64,000 nt of DNA from Oscillospiraceae bacterium (GCA_015065065.1 SVQX01000001.1:30698-94697), one strand, 5' to 3'; positions 42,606 through 53,507 are shown, counted from the first letter of the stretch. Notes: generated by a model from the letters alone, not told the origin. Numbers and translations: made by a program.

Positions 42606-44549
42606 TCAACCCTCGGCGTCATTCTCGCTCGCAATATAGCGCTTTGCCTGCGTACTGAACAGCTCAAAATAGCGTCCGCCCTTCGCCATCAGCTCCTTAT
42701 GCGTTCCCTCCTCGATAAGCTTGCCGTATTCGAGTACGGCAATTTTGGAGGCCACCGTCGCGCTTGACAGTCTGTGGGACACGAAAATGGTGGTCTTATC
42801 CGCACGCAGTCTATCGAACTGATTGAATACCTCCTGCTCGGCAATAGCATCAAGAGATGCGGTAGGCTCGTCAAGGATAAGAATATCCGACTCACTGTAA
42901 AATGCCCTCGCTATGGCGAGCTTTTGCCACTGACCGATAGACAGCTCAATGCCGCTATCCTCAAATATACGCATAAGCGGCGTGCTGTAGCCGTCGGGCA
43001 GCCGATCGATATAATCCGCCGCGTCCGACTCGCGTGCCGCCGTCATCACGGCATCCTCGCCCGCCTTGCGGTGGATATCTCCGAATCGGATGTTTTCGGA
43101 CACCGACTCGGCATATTTTCCGAAGTCCTGGAATATGATACCGAACATTCGGTAAAGGTCCTTTACGTCGTACTCGCGGATGTCCTTGCCATCAAGCAGT
43201 ATCCTTCCCTCGGTGGGATCGTAAAGTCTTGTCAGGAGCTTGAGCAGTGTCGTTTTGCCTGCGCCGTTAAGTCCAACAAGCACCAGCGTTTCGCCGGGAC
43301 GGATCGTAAGATCTATTCCGTCAAGCACGCGCTGCTCGGTGCCGGGATACACGAAGCTGACATTTTCAAATACTATGGTGTGCGGCTGACCGTGAGATAC
43401 TCGCAGAGGCTCAGCGTCGGTAGCCTTTCCGTCGGCTTCAAGCTCGCACAGGGGAGCGACCGTCTTTTTGACCTTGAGAAAGGAAACGAGATTGTCTATA
43501 AACAGCGTTCCCTCGTATATATTGGCAGACATGGAAATGAGAAGCGCCACGTTTGAGGATATCTGCGCCAGCGCTCCCGTGTAAAGCGAATAATCGCCCC
43601 ACATCATATCGCCCGTGACCACGGCGTAAGCAAACCAGCCAAAGAACAGGCAGTTTGCAATTCCCGACAGCACAGTCACTGCGAAATGCCACGCATTTTC
43701 GTGCCATACCAGCCTCTTGATACCCGAAAAGTATTTGTCGAAAACGCCTTCGTATCTGTCGATAAAGGTATCAGACAGATCGAACATACGTATCTCCTTC
43801 GCCATATCCTTATTTACCATCAGGTCAGCGTAATAGTTCATCTGCCGTCTGTCCTTGGAGCGGCGGCGCATATACGAGAAATTCTTTTTGCGGTAATAAA
43901 AGCTGATTATCGCCGAGGGTACGGACACGATAACCATAACTATCGCAGCCCACCACAGCTCGGAGGCAAGAATTATAACGTAGGAAACAAGGCTTATTAT
44001 TCCACTCACGATATTGAACGTAGCGTACATTATCTGTATGGGACGGTTGCCCGCCTCGCGGTTGGCATTCTCCAGCTTTTCGTAAAACGCAGGCATATCA
44101 AAGCAAGATATATCCAGCTCCTTTGCCTTGTTCATTATCTCCAGCTTTACGGTACGCACCACAAGCTCGCCCGATATTCTCATCACCGAATTGTTGAACG
44201 TGGAGATAATACCCGACAGTATCTTGTGAATGAACATAAAGGTCAGAAGGAAAAATACGGAGCTTCCGATAAACGCGCCTATTCCCCCGTGGAACATGCC
44301 GAAATTTTTCTGCAAGGCATTGAGTACGTTCTGGGATATGATAGACCCGATAACGGGCAGTATACCGTTGAGCAGCGCCAAAAGCAGCATGGCAAACAGT
44401 ATCCACGGACCCGTTTTCCATACCAGCTTGAATATGTAGAGCATACGGGAGAAAAATCCGACCAGCAGCTCCCTTAAGTATCGCGGTACGTCGCCGATAC
44501 CCTTGGGCGGTGCTACACGTGCGTATTCAAATTTAGGAGGCAAAATCAT
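42606..44549 (-). CDS. ABC exporter, fused permease/ATPase
   Basis: 647 aa. The N-terminal six-helix TMD is followed by an NBD with Walker A GLNGAGKTT, signature LSIGQWQ and Walker B ILILDEPT. Confidence 0.88.
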   Translation of the reverse strand: MILPPKFEYARVAPPKGIGDVPRYLRELLVGFFSRMLYIFKLVWKTGPWILFAMLLLALLNGILPVIGSIISQNVLNALQKNFGMFHGGIGAFIGSSVFFLLTFMFIHKILSGIISTFNNSVMRISGELVVRTVKLEIMNKAKELDISCFDMPAFYEKLENANREAGNRPIQIMYATFNIVSGIISLVSYVIILASELWWAAIVMVIVSVPSAIISFYYRKKNFSYMRRRSKDRRQMNYYADLMVNKDMAKEIRMFDLSDTFIDRYEGVFDKYFSGIKRLVWHENAWHFAVTVLSGIANCLFFGWFAYAVVTGDMMWGDYSLYTGALAQISSNVALLISMSANIYEGTLFIDNLVSFLKVKKTVAPLCELEADGKATDAEPLRVSHGQPHTIVFENVSFVYPGTEQRVLDGIDLTIRPGETLVLVGLNGAGKTTLLKLLTRLYDPTEGRILLDGKDIREYDVKDLYRMFGIIFQDFGKYAESVSENIRFGDIHRKAGEDAVMTAARESDAADYIDRLPDGYSTPLMRIFEDSGIELSIGQWQKLAIARAFYSESDILILDEPTASLDAIAEQEVFNQFDRLRADKTTIFVSHRLSSATVASKIAVLEYGKLIEEGTHKELMAKGGRYFELFSTQAKRYIASENDAEG

Positions 44550-44589
44550 CCCACCCTTCCGCGTTTTTAAAATTCATGGTGCTGACCAC

Positions 44590-44618
44590 TTGAAAAGATT
44601 CAAAAAATAGTGTATAAT
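44590..44618 (+). promoter_or_regulatory. sigma-A promoter of the DUF1015 gene
   Basis: TTGAAA (44590..44595), 17 nt, TGtATAAT (-10 at 44613..44618). Confidence 0.55.
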
Positions 44619-44650
44619 ATCAACATCCCTTATGAAAGGAATAAACAGCT

Positions 44651-45916
44651 TTGAAAAAATACCTTTACCCCGCAGATATTCTTCTGCCAGACTTTAATAA
44701 AACCGACGGCACGCGCTGGTCCTGCATAGCCTGCGACCAGTACACAAGCGAGCCCGAATATTGGGAGGCCGTCGCGCACGAGGTAGGCGACGCGCCCTCC
44801 ACCCTCAGGCTTATCCTGCCCGAGGTCTATCTTGACGAGAGCGACGGTCGCACCGCGGGCATACAGCACGAGATGCGGGAGTATCTCAAGGGCTTGCTTA
44901 TCTCTCACCCCGAGAGCATGATCTATCTTGAACGCCGACTCCGTGACGGAAAGCTCCGCCGCGGTATTATCGGTGCTATCGACCTATGCGATTATGATTT
45001 TACCCGCGGATCGTCGTCACTTATCCGCGCTACCGAGGAGACCGTCCCCGAGCGTATTCCGCCCCGCGTGCAGATCCGCCGAGGCGCAGCTCTTGAGCTT
45101 CCTCACGTCATGCTGCTTATCGACGACGCGGACGGCAACGTTATGAGTATCGCCCGCGAGGCTGTCAACAGCACCCCCGTATACGACCACGACCTCATGC
45201 AAAACAGCGGTCACGTGACGGGATATCTGTTGTCTCAAAAGCAAATTTCAGACATAAACGAAGCACTTTCCCGTCTTGCGTCTGCCGACGAAATGGCGGA
45301 AAAATACGGACGTGGCGATATCGCTCCCCTCTTGTTCGCAGTAGGTGACGGAAATCACTCGCTGGCAACCGCGAAGGCGTGCTTTGACGAATTAAAGGCT
45401 AAGCTCGGCGAGGATGCGGCAATGTCACACCCCGCAAGATACGCGCTTGTAGAGCTTGTGGATCTTTACGACGAGTCGCTTGAATTTGAGCCGATATATC
45501 GCGTGCTTTTCGGCGTTGACGTTCAAAAAACAGTCGCCGCATTTGAAAGCTATGCCGCCGCGCAAAACGGCAAGGCAAAGCCGCAAAATGTCACGCTCAC
45601 CTTCGGAAACGAACAAAAGACGGTGACGATCCCTCACCCCACGTCAAATCTTGCCGTGGGAAGCGTGCAGGATTTTGTAGCCGCATATTTGAATGAAAAT
45701 CCCTCCGCTGCCGTGGACTACATACACGGCGAGGATACCGCCATAGCACTTTCGTCTGGCGACGGCGCGGTAGGCTTTATCTTTGACGGAATGTCTAAAG
45801 GCGAGCTGTTTGCCACCGTTATTGCCGACGGCGCACTGCCCCGCAAGACGTTTTCCATGGGACACGCCTGCGACAAGCGCTTCTACACCGAGGCGCGAAG
45901 AATTCTTAGAGACTGA
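44651..45916 (+). CDS. DUF1015-family protein
   Basis: 421 aa with a TTG start 10 nt after gaaagga. The N-terminal block ILLPDFNKTDGTRWSCIACDQYTSEPEYW is characteristic of DUF1015. Confidence 0.75.
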   Translation: MKKYLYPADILLPDFNKTDGTRWSCIACDQYTSEPEYWEAVAHEVGDAPSTLRLILPEVYLDESDGRTAGIQHEMREYLKGLLISHPESMIYLERRLRDGKLRRGIIGAIDLCDYDFTRGSSSLIRATEETVPERIPPRVQIRRGAALELPHVMLLIDDADGNVMSIAREAVNSTPVYDHDLMQNSGHVTGYLLSQKQISDINEALSRLASADEMAEKYGRGDIAPLLFAVGDGNHSLATAKACFDELKAKLGEDAAMSHPARYALVELVDLYDESLEFEPIYRVLFGVDVQKTVAAFESYAAAQNGKAKPQNVTLTFGNEQKTVTIPHPTSNLAVGSVQDFVAAYLNENPSAAVDYIHGEDTAIALSSGDGAVGFIFDGMSKGELFATVIADGALPRKTFSMGHACDKRFYTEARRILRD

Positions 45917-45929
45917 TTTTCCTTATCTA

Positions 45930-46268
45930 TCAGCACATTTTGTCCGACAGCTGCTCACCACCGAGAATGTGGAAATGCAGGTGCTTTACGGATTGGCAGG
46001 CGTCATCTCCGCAGTTTGTGATAACTCGATACCCGCCGTCAAGCCCCTCCGACTTTGCGATATAGGGAATCATTTCAAAGATATGAGCGACGTGCGCGCT
46101 ATTGGCCTCGTTTATTTCATCAGCCGAGGAAATATGGAGCTTAGGCACGACCAGCACATGCACCTTCGCCATGGGATTTATATCTCTGAATGCGTAGATC
46201 ATATCGTCCTCGTACACCCTTGACGAGGGGATCTCACCTTTTATTATCTTACAGAACAGGCAATTCAT
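45930..46268 (-). CDS. HIT-family (histidine triad) protein
   Basis: Start trimmed to MNCLFCKIIKGEIPS after aaggaagga. It has the HLHFHILGG histidine triad. Confidence 0.9.
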   Translation of the reverse strand: MNCLFCKIIKGEIPSSRVYEDDMIYAFRDINPMAKVHVLVVPKLHISSADEINEANSAHVAHIFEMIPYIAKSEGLDGGYRVITNCGDDACQSVKHLHFHILGGEQLSDKMC

Positions 46269-46389
46269 AAATTTTCCTTCCTTTCGGTAAATATACAATT
46301 ATACAGTTATTTTACCGCAAAAACCCCGCCGTGTCAAGCACTGTGCAGGATTTTCTCAAAAACTCGGAGCGAAAGGAGAGTGACCTTTG

Positions 46390-47541
46390 ATGAACAAGCG
46401 CGAAAAAGAGCTGTTTTTCCCCACCGACGCCCTGCCCGACCTATGGCATTATCTTAAAAACGCGGCTGACAGCGGCAAAAAGATAGTTATGTACGGAATG
46501 GGCAACGGAGCAGACAAGATACTTGCGGTCTGTCAGGCTAAAGGTATTGATATATCCGACTTTTTTGCGAGCGACGGCTTTGTGCGCGGTCACAGCTTTC
46601 ACGGTAAGGTGGTCCTGTCTTACAGCGATGTCAAAGCAAAATACGGAGCGGACGGCATGATAATTCTCTTGTCCTTCGCCACCTCCCGCCCCGAGGTGCT
46701 TCAAAATATTGACCGTATCGCCGCCGAGTGCGAGCTTTATGCGCCGGACGTTCCCGTGTTCGGCGACACCCTTTTCGACAGCGATTTTTATCGCCAAAAT
46801 CTCAGAGAAATCGAGGATGCAAGATCGCTCCTTAACGACAACATATCCGAAAAAGTATTTAACAGCATCATAGATTTCAAGCTGACAGGACGCATCGACA
46901 TTCTCCGTGCCGCCGAGAACGACACCGACGAAGCACTCGTGAAAATCCTCGGCTGCGAAGGCTTCTCCCACGTGGCGGACCTTGGCGCGTATAACGGCGA
47001 CAGCGTAAAAAAGCTGCTCTCCCTTTCCCCTGCCGTAAACGACGTTATCGCCTTTGAGCCCGACAGCCGCAATTTCCGCAAGCTCGGCGAATACGCAAGG
47101 GGCGTTGAAAACGTAAATATCCATGCCGTAAATGCGGGCGCATGGTCGGCGTCGGGTATGCTTGAATTTGACGACAGCGGCAACCGAAACGCAAATCTCG
47201 CGCAGAATACATCCTCAATTTTGCAGGACGGCGCAAAAAAAATGAAAACTCGCGAGATCACCGTTGACACCCTTGACAGAGTGGCAACGGAGCTTGGTCT
47301 TTTTGACCTTGATTACATAAAATATGACGTAGAGGGCTCGGAAAAGGAGGCTATTCTCGGCTCGGCAAATATCATTCAAAGCCGCGCCCCTGCCCTGCTC
47401 GTGTCACTTTACCACCGAAGCGAGGACATTTTCGAGCTTCCCTTGATGCTAAAAAAAATGCAGCCGAGATACAAATTTTACCTTCGCCGCGCAGCGGGCA
47501 TCCCCGCTTGGGACATAAACCTTTACGCGATCACCGAATAG
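46390..47541 (+). CDS. FkbM-family methyltransferase with N-terminal Rossmann-like domain
   Basis: ATG lies 9 nt after aaaggagag. The C-terminal half carries FEPDSRNF, IDYIKYDVEGSE and YHR blocks (Methyltransf_21-like). Confidence 0.75.
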   Translation: MNKREKELFFPTDALPDLWHYLKNAADSGKKIVMYGMGNGADKILAVCQAKGIDISDFFASDGFVRGHSFHGKVVLSYSDVKAKYGADGMIILLSFATSRPEVLQNIDRIAAECELYAPDVPVFGDTLFDSDFYRQNLREIEDARSLLNDNISEKVFNSIIDFKLTGRIDILRAAENDTDEALVKILGCEGFSHVADLGAYNGDSVKKLLSLSPAVNDVIAFEPDSRNFRKLGEYARGVENVNIHAVNAGAWSASGMLEFDDSGNRNANLAQNTSSILQDGAKKMKTREITVDTLDRVATELGLFDLDYIKYDVEGSEKEAILGSANIIQSRAPALLVSLYHRSEDIFELPLMLKKMQPRYKFYLRRAAGIPAWDINLYAITE

Positions 47542-47542
47542 G

Positions 47543-47583
47543 AAAATCCCCGCAGACCGATTTTTTGAGTCTGCGGGGATTTT
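47543..47583. terminator. bidirectional terminator
   Basis: 15-bp arms aaaatccccgcagac/gtctgcggggatttt between the convergent stops at 47541 and 47586. Confidence 0.75.
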
Positions 47584-47585
47584 GA

Positions 47586-48728
47586 TCAACCTTTCGCCGT
47601 CAACACGCTGCTCGTGCCGTCGGTAACAAAATAGATATCGCCGTTATAGGTGTAGTACGCCGCCGCTCCCACCGAGCGCATCAAGGTGACGGTGGAGGCT
47701 TCGACTCCCGTGCCACTGTCGGTGCAGATCACGCAATACCGAGGAGTGACGGCGCGCAAAGTTGCGTCGATACCCTTGGTATACGCGCCGTGGTGCGGCA
47801 TTTTTACAAGGGTATAATCAAGGCTTGCACCCTTTTGTGTCAGCGCCGCATTGAATTCCTCCATTCGCTCGCGCTCAGCGTCACCCGTGATGAGCAGGCG
47901 CGTTTTGCCGAAGGTCACGGTGACTATGAGCGAATAGTTGTTTTCCTCCGAAAACTCGTTTGCCTCATCCGAGCCGAGCGTTTGTCCCGTGGGATAAAGC
48001 TGTGTGGTATTCAGCCATATCGAGCCGTAGCCCATATCCAGCTCCACATCCTCGCTGATCTTTAACAGCTTTGTCGCACCGCCGGCTTCGTCAACAGCCG
48101 ACATAAGCGCGCGATATCTTGACGAATCTCGGATATAGTCGGGAGTATACACCGTTTTCACTGCATAATTTTTAACCAGCTTCGACGCGCTTCCTACGTG
48201 GTCGTTGTCAAAGTGAGTGATGATCATCATGTCGACGGTGGTTATGCCGTAGCTGTCGAGGTATCCGCTTATCTTACCGTAATCGTCCGAATCCCCCGTG
48301 TCGACAAGCACGACCTTGTCATCCATACGCAGGATAATTGCATCCGATTTGCCCGTTTTGAGGAAATCCACCCTCAAGGTATTTGCCGCGTCGGCGTACA
48401 GCTCATCGGGATCGTCGCCAATCACAAGGTCGGGAACGGTTTGAGCCGTTGCGGTTTCAGGGAGAGTAACTATCTCGGGGATACTGTGCGTGTCACCATC
48501 CTCTGTTTCCGTCCCGTCGGGCAACAGAATTTCAAGCTGATCTGTGGTGGCAGTAGGCTCGTTTCCGCTCACTGCGGTATTACCCGTGACGTATCCGCCC
48601 GTGCCGACGGCGCTTTCCGTACCACCGTCGCCAAGCACCTCGTCCGAGCAGGACGCAAGCAGCAAAACTGCCACGACCGTAAGCAATATCGGCATTATAT
48701 ATTTACATCCTTTGATGCGAGATATCAT
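47586..48728 (-). CDS. ComEC-like metallo-beta-lactamase-fold lipoprotein
   Basis: ATG at 48728 lies 6 nt after aggagg. Lipobox is LLLASC. MBL motifs ITHFDNDHVG and KMPHHG are present. Confidence 0.8.
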   Translation of the reverse strand: MISRIKGCKYIMPILLTVVAVLLLASCSDEVLGDGGTESAVGTGGYVTGNTAVSGNEPTATTDQLEILLPDGTETEDGDTHSIPEIVTLPETATAQTVPDLVIGDDPDELYADAANTLRVDFLKTGKSDAIILRMDDKVVLVDTGDSDDYGKISGYLDSYGITTVDMMIITHFDNDHVGSASKLVKNYAVKTVYTPDYIRDSSRYRALMSAVDEAGGATKLLKISEDVELDMGYGSIWLNTTQLYPTGQTLGSDEANEFSEENNYSLIVTVTFGKTRLLITGDAERERMEEFNAALTQKGASLDYTLVKMPHHGAYTKGIDATLRAVTPRYCVICTDSGTGVEASTVTLMRSVGAAAYYTYNGDIYFVTDGTSSVLTAKG

Positions 48729-48856
48729 AAATTACCTCCTGCGGTGTGCCGACGAAATTCAAAAAATTCGGGGCATACCGTCATTACAAGTACAGTATAC
48801 CCCAAAATTGCCCCGCCGTCAAGAGCAAAGTTTTACAGACGGCAAAAATTCAAAAT

Positions 48857-49663
48857 TCAACAAAAAAACTTTTCCAAAGCACCGCGTATCTCGCCGTAGG
48901 AATATCCGTAGCGGGCAAGAGCCGCCGACAGTCGCCGCCGTCCATCGGGCGTATTTTGCACCGTGCGGTATTTTTTATTTATCAGCTGAACGCAAAGGTC
49001 TGTAAAATCCACGTCCTCCACCGTTTCAAGCGCGGCGGACACTGCCTCGGAGGAATAGCCCTTAGCGATAAGCTCACTGCGGATTCTCATTCTGCCCCAA
49101 TACTTTTTGACGCACAGTGCGGCAAGTCTTTCCGCTCCGTCGTCCTCACACAGGAATCCGTTTTCAACAAAATATCTTACCGCACTTTCCGCCACCTCGC
49201 GGTCAAAGCCCTTGCCTCTCAGCTTATACGTCAGCATCTTTTCCGACTTATCGCCGTAAGACAAAAAGGTCATTCCCTGCCGTATGGCGCGAAATATCTC
49301 GCCCTGTGCGACGAGAGCTTCATACTCCTCCTTGCCGATAAGTCCTTTGGATATCTTCAAGCCTGCAAGCTGTCCGACTGTAACGGTGATGCTCACCTTC
49401 GCCGCGCTATCCAAAAGCTCACAGCAAACTCTGACACAGCCCTCCTCGCCCGAGGCTTCTATGGCGTAAACTCGCACCTCTCCCACAGCACCCGCCTCAA
49501 CGGAAGGACTGTTGTCATGCTTTGTGTGAATTTGGATTTTTGCATTTTCGCGCTTGGCTTTTTTCGCCCCCGTCGATATATCCGAAAGCTTTACCGCACG
49601 CGATTCGTATTCAAGCTCTGCGTCCTGCTCTACGTTCAGGTCTCCCCGACGCGAGCGTTTCAC
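48857..49663 (-). CDS. recX: RecX-family regulator with ~130-aa N-terminal extension
   Basis: GTG start overlaps the recA stop as GTGA. The C-terminal three-repeat region ([21 protein letters not shown]...[15 protein letters not shown]) is RecX-like. Confidence 0.75.
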   Translation of the reverse strand: MKRSRRGDLNVEQDAELEYESRAVKLSDISTGAKKAKRENAKIQIHTKHDNSPSVEAGAVGEVRVYAIEASGEEGCVRVCCELLDSAAKVSITVTVGQLAGLKISKGLIGKEEYEALVAQGEIFRAIRQGMTFLSYGDKSEKMLTYKLRGKGFDREVAESAVRYFVENGFLCEDDGAERLAALCVKKYWGRMRIRSELIAKGYSSEAVSAALETVEDVDFTDLCVQLINKKYRTVQNTPDGRRRLSAALARYGYSYGEIRGALEKFFC

Positions 49664-50799
49664 TCCTCATCCTCCGAGCCGAGAGTGCGGATATCAAAAT
49701 CTCCGTCGTCCTCATCCTCGTCGTCAAGGTCAAACTCGCCCGAATTTGCCGCACTGAGGTCGCTCTTCATGCCGATCTCGCGCACCTGCTCCTCAAGCTC
49801 TGCAAGAAACTCCGGATTGTCCTCGACCAGCTTACGGACGGTTTCCTGCCCCTGCCCGAGACGCTCGCCGTTATAGGAGAACCAAGAGCCGCTTTTCTTA
49901 ATGATATCATAGTTTATTGCAAAGTCAAGCACCTCGCCCGCGTGGGAAATTCCCTCGCCGTAGAGAATGTCGAATTCAGCCACCTTGAAGGGGGGCGCTA
50001 CCTTGTTTTTAACTATCTTGCATCTTACGTGGTTGCCGTAGATCTCGCCGCCGCGCTTGAGCTGCTCGGTACGGCGCACGTCAATACGCACGGAGGCGTA
50101 GAATTTCAGCGCACGTCCGCCGGGGGTGGTTTCGGGATTGCCGTAGATAACTCCAACCTTTTCGCGAAGCTGATTTATAAAGATAACTACCGCCTGGCTC
50201 TTGGCGATAACGGAGGACAGCTTTCGCATAGCCTGCGACATAAGGCGCGCCTGCATACCGACGGTAGCCGCGCCCATATCGCCCTCTATCTCCTGACGCG
50301 GAACGAGAGCCGCAACCGAGTCAACCACGACCGCATCAACCGCGCCCGAGCGTACAAGGGATTCGCATATCGACAGAGCATCCTCGCCGCAGTCGGGCTG
50401 GGACACCAGCAGATTATCCGTATCAACGCCGAGAGCCTTTGCGTATACGGGATCGAGTGCATGCTCAGCGTCGATAAACGCCGCAGTGCCACCCGACTTC
50501 TGCACCTCTGCAAGAATATGCAGAGCCACCGTGGTTTTACCCGAAGACTCGGGGCCAAAAATCTCAACGATACGTCCGCGCGGAACGCCACCGATTCCAA
50601 GGGCAAAGTCAAGCGCCAGCGAGCCCGTATGCACCGCCTGCACCTCCATGTGGCGATTCTCGCCCAACTTCATTATCGCGCCCTCTCCGAAATCCTTTTC
50701 TATCTGCTTCATGGCGGTTTTAAGCGCCTTTAATTTTTCCTCCTTGTCCGCATCACGGGATACCATCTGTATTGCAGGCTTTTTGCTTTTGGTTGCCAT
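49660..50799 (-). CDS. recA: recombinase RecA
   Basis: Start at the ATG after ggaatggaga. Walker A is GPESSGKTT, the [11 protein letters not shown] block is present, and the C-terminal tail is acidic. Confidence 0.95.
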   Translation of the reverse strand: MATKSKKPAIQMVSRDADKEEKLKALKTAMKQIEKDFGEGAIMKLGENRHMEVQAVHTGSLALDFALGIGGVPRGRIVEIFGPESSGKTTVALHILAEVQKSGGTAAFIDAEHALDPVYAKALGVDTDNLLVSQPDCGEDALSICESLVRSGAVDAVVVDSVAALVPRQEIEGDMGAATVGMQARLMSQAMRKLSSVIAKSQAVVIFINQLREKVGVIYGNPETTPGGRALKFYASVRIDVRRTEQLKRGGEIYGNHVRCKIVKNKVAPPFKVAEFDILYGEGISHAGEVLDFAINYDIIKKSGSWFSYNGERLGQGQETVRKLVEDNPEFLAELEEQVREIGMKSDLSAANSGEFDLDDEDEDDGDFDIRTLGSEDEE

Positions 50800-50849
50800 T
50801 TTATTCTCCATTCCGCCGCGACTGCGGCTCACTTTCTTTTTGTGATGCT

Positions 50850-50878
50850 ATTATACACCCTCCTTTCCCACTTGTCAA
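50850..50878 (-). promoter_or_regulatory. sigma-A promoter of recA
   Basis: On the minus strand: TTGACA (50873..50878), 17 nt, TGtATAAT (-10 at 50850..50855). No GAAC-N4-GTTC LexA box was seen. The palindrome ttccga-aa-tcggaa lies at 50898..50911. Confidence 0.55.
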
Positions 50879-50971
50879 GGGGTTTTGGAAAAATTTATTC
50901 CGAAATCGGAAAATATTTTTAAAAATCGCTGGCGAAGTGCTTTTTAAAGTTCCGTTTGAGAAAACTTTGAC

Positions 50972-51865
50972 TCAGAGCAGCCCTCGCTCAGCAAGCAGCG
51001 TGCGCAGCCTCTCCTTCGTGCCCTCCGACGCTTCTGTCAAGGGCAATCTGACCGTCGACGGGCATAATCCCATCAGCTCCGCCGCCATCTTCACGGGGAC
51101 GGGATTGACCTCGCAAAACAGCACGTTTATCAGCGGCATCAGCTCTATCTGTATTTTTGCGGCGGCGGCAAAATCTCCCGACAGTGCGAGGTCGCACATC
51201 AGCTTCATTTCTCTCGGCAGCAGATTTGATATCACCGATACCACACCGCATCCGCCTATAGACATATGCGGTACAACCATATCGTCGTTGCCCGAAAAAA
51301 TAGGGAGGTCGTCTCCGCAGGCGGCTATGATATCGGCGGAACGATTTATCTGCCCCGAGGCTTCCTTGATGCCCACGATATTTTCGTGTCCCGACAAGCG
51401 CTTCAGGGTGTTGACCGAAATGCTTCCTCCTGTGCGCGACGGCACGTTATACACCATCACGGGGATATTTATCTCGTCGGCAAGGCAGGTGAAATGGCGG
51501 TACAAGCCCTCCTCCGTTCCCTTGTTGTAATACGGCACGACGGCAAGCACGCCGTCGCACCCCGCCTCCTCCGCCTGCTTTGAAAATATCACCGTGTGCC
51601 GCGTGTCGTTGCTACCCGTGCCGGCGATAACGGGTATCTGTCCCGACACCTCCGACACGGCGGCGCGGAACAACAGGGCGCGCTCGTCGCGGTCAAGCGT
51701 GGGTGCTTCGCCCGTGGTTCCCGCGACCACGATAGCGTCCACTCCCCCGTCAAGCTGACGGCGGATCAGCCCTTGGAACGCACGTATATCCACCTCTCCG
51801 TCACGAAACGGAGTAATTATGGCGGTGGCACAGCCTCGGAACAGCTCTTTTTTGCTTGCTTTCAT
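50972..51865 (-). CDS. dapA: 4-hydroxy-tetrahydrodipicolinate synthase
   Basis: 297 aa. Blocks GTTGEAPTL and YNVPSRTG are DapA signatures. RBS is aaaggag. Confidence 0.92.
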   Translation of the reverse strand: MKASKKELFRGCATAIITPFRDGEVDIRAFQGLIRRQLDGGVDAIVVAGTTGEAPTLDRDERALLFRAAVSEVSGQIPVIAGTGSNDTRHTVIFSKQAEEAGCDGVLAVVPYYNKGTEEGLYRHFTCLADEINIPVMVYNVPSRTGGSISVNTLKRLSGHENIVGIKEASGQINRSADIIAACGDDLPIFSGNDDMVVPHMSIGGCGVVSVISNLLPREMKLMCDLALSGDFAAAAKIQIELMPLINVLFCEVNPVPVKMAAELMGLCPSTVRLPLTEASEGTKERLRTLLAERGLL

Positions 51866-51923
51866 AAGTGATTCGCTCCTTTGAAAATTTGAGTTTCGAC
51901 AAACGGAAAAATTGCAAAAACGG

Positions 51924-51952
51924 TTGAAATAAACCTCGAATGGTGTTATAAT
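51924..51952 (+). promoter_or_regulatory. sigma-A promoter of queA
   Basis: TTGAAA (51924..51929), 17 nt, TGtTATAAT (-10 at 51947..51952). Confidence 0.55.
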
Positions 51953-52054
51953 GTAGTATGGATAAAAATTTGAGGCGGCTTTTGTCGCCCGTTGTCAGTA
52001 TATGGCGCGGGGGCGAGGCGTGACACCGCCCTTTTGAAAGGACATTTCTTAATC

Positions 52055-53137
52055 ATGGCAAACGGAAACGTAATAATAAACGAGCGCGCACAAACACAGC
52101 TCAGAACGGCTGATTTTTTCTATGACCTGCCGCAGGAGCTTATTGCCCAGCACCCCATGGAAAAGCGGGATACGTCAAGACTGCTGGTCATCAACCGCGA
52201 CGGCTCGCCGCTTCAGCACAAGCATTTTTTTGACATCAAGGACTATCTGCACCCCAAGGACGTGCTTGTCATCAACGAGTCGCGCGTTATCCCTGCGCGG
52301 ATATTCGGACACCTTGAGGATCGCCCCGAGGCAACGGTGGAGCTGCTGCTGCTCCGTCAGCACGCCGCCGACACGTGGGAGTGCCTCGTAAAGCCGGGAA
52401 AGCGCGCGCGTATCGGTCAGAAGCAGATATTCGGCGGCATTTTGCATGGAGAAGTGATTGACATGGTGGAGGAAGGTAACCGAATCATCAAATTTGACTA
52501 CAACCGCAAAAAATACGGCAACGTATACAATATTCTGCACGAGATAGGACTCATGCCCCTCCCTCCTTACATCACCGAGAGGTTGGATGAGCCCGAGCGT
52601 TATCAGACCATTTATGCGCGTCACAACGGTTCCGCCGCTGCACCCACTGCGGGACTTCACTTCACTCCCGAATTGATGGACGAGATACGGAGTATGGGCG
52701 TGGCGATCGCCCCCGTTACGCTGCACGTGGGACTCGGCACGTTTCGTCCTGTCAAGGAGGACAGCATTACCGATCACGTTATGCACACCGAATTTTTCTC
52801 GGTGTCCGAGGAATCGGCGGAGCTTATAAATTCACGCCGCGCCGCCGGAGGGCGCGTGATCTGCGTAGGCACGACCTCCTGCCGCACCATTGAGTCGGCA
52901 TCCGACGACAGCGGAAAGGTACACGCCATGTCCGCAGACACGGGGATTTTCATTTATCCCGGGTACAAATTCAAGGCTACAGATGCGCTGATAACCAACT
53001 TTCACCTCCCCGAATCCACCCTGCTTATGCTGGTTTCCGCGTTCTACAACAGAGAAAAAATGCTGGAGGCGTACCGCACGGCAGTGGAGGAAAAATACAG
53101 ATTTTTCTCCTTTGGAGATGCGATGCTAATAGAATAA
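52055..53137 (+). CDS. queA: S-adenosylmethionine:tRNA ribosyltransferase-isomerase
   Basis: Blocks FFYDLPQELIAQHP, RLLV and GLHFT are present, with the C-terminus FFSFGDAMLI. The start at ATG 52055 has a weak RBS. Confidence 0.88.
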   Translation: MANGNVIINERAQTQLRTADFFYDLPQELIAQHPMEKRDTSRLLVINRDGSPLQHKHFFDIKDYLHPKDVLVINESRVIPARIFGHLEDRPEATVELLLLRQHAADTWECLVKPGKRARIGQKQIFGGILHGEVIDMVEEGNRIIKFDYNRKKYGNVYNILHEIGLMPLPPYITERLDEPERYQTIYARHNGSAAAPTAGLHFTPELMDEIRSMGVAIAPVTLHVGLGTFRPVKEDSITDHVMHTEFFSVSEESAELINSRRAAGGRVICVGTTSCRTIESASDDSGKVHAMSADTGIFIYPGYKFKATDALITNFHLPESTLLMLVSAFYNREKMLEAYRTAVEEKYRFFSFGDAMLIE

Positions 53138-53150
53138 AAGAAAAAACAAT

Positions 53151-53226
53151 CCGTAGGGCGGGGCTTGCTCCCGCCGAAAGAATAAAAAGCGGCGACACCA
53201 AGGCACCGCCCTACATACGGTTTCTT
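53151..53226 (+). terminator. long GC-rich hairpin after queA (member of a palindromic repeat class)
   Basis: Arms gtagggcgg/ccgccctac (53153..53161 / 53206..53214) with an inner competing hairpin ggcggg/cccgcc, followed by tttctt. Confidence 0.45.
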
Positions 53227-53282
53227 ATATCACGTACATATCTGCAATGCTTATACAGTGATATACAAGAAAGGAGTCTTGG

Positions 53283-53507
53283 ATGAACAAATCGACAAAA
53301 ATATTTCGCATATTGACTTGCGTGTTCATAGCGTTCTACACACTTCTCGTCTGCTTTTATGTGGGCGATATAGCGTGTTATGAATGCATGAGCGTAAACC
53401 AAAACCCCGACGGTGCATATACGCTTGCTTTTGACCGCATAACGGGCGATACGTGGTTTTATATCTTATCGGGTGTCGTACGGCTTATGCTTTGCGCGAG
53501 CCGTTAA
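53283..53507 (+). CDS. small membrane protein, unknown function
   Basis: 74 aa with a strong RBS (aaggag) 6 nt upstream. It has the hydrophobic helix ILTCVFIAFYTLLVCFYVG. The overlapping downstream ORF 53453..53653 may be a frameshifted continuation. Confidence 0.5.
   Translation: MNKSTKIFRILTCVFIAFYTLLVCFYVGDIACYECMSVNQNPDGAYTLAFDRITGDTWFYILSGVVRLMLCASR

Noticed and set aside
48746-50733. Plus-strand ORFs 48746..49876 (376 aa) and 49522..50733 (403 aa)
   Set aside because: They are antisense to recX and recA, and recA is unambiguous.
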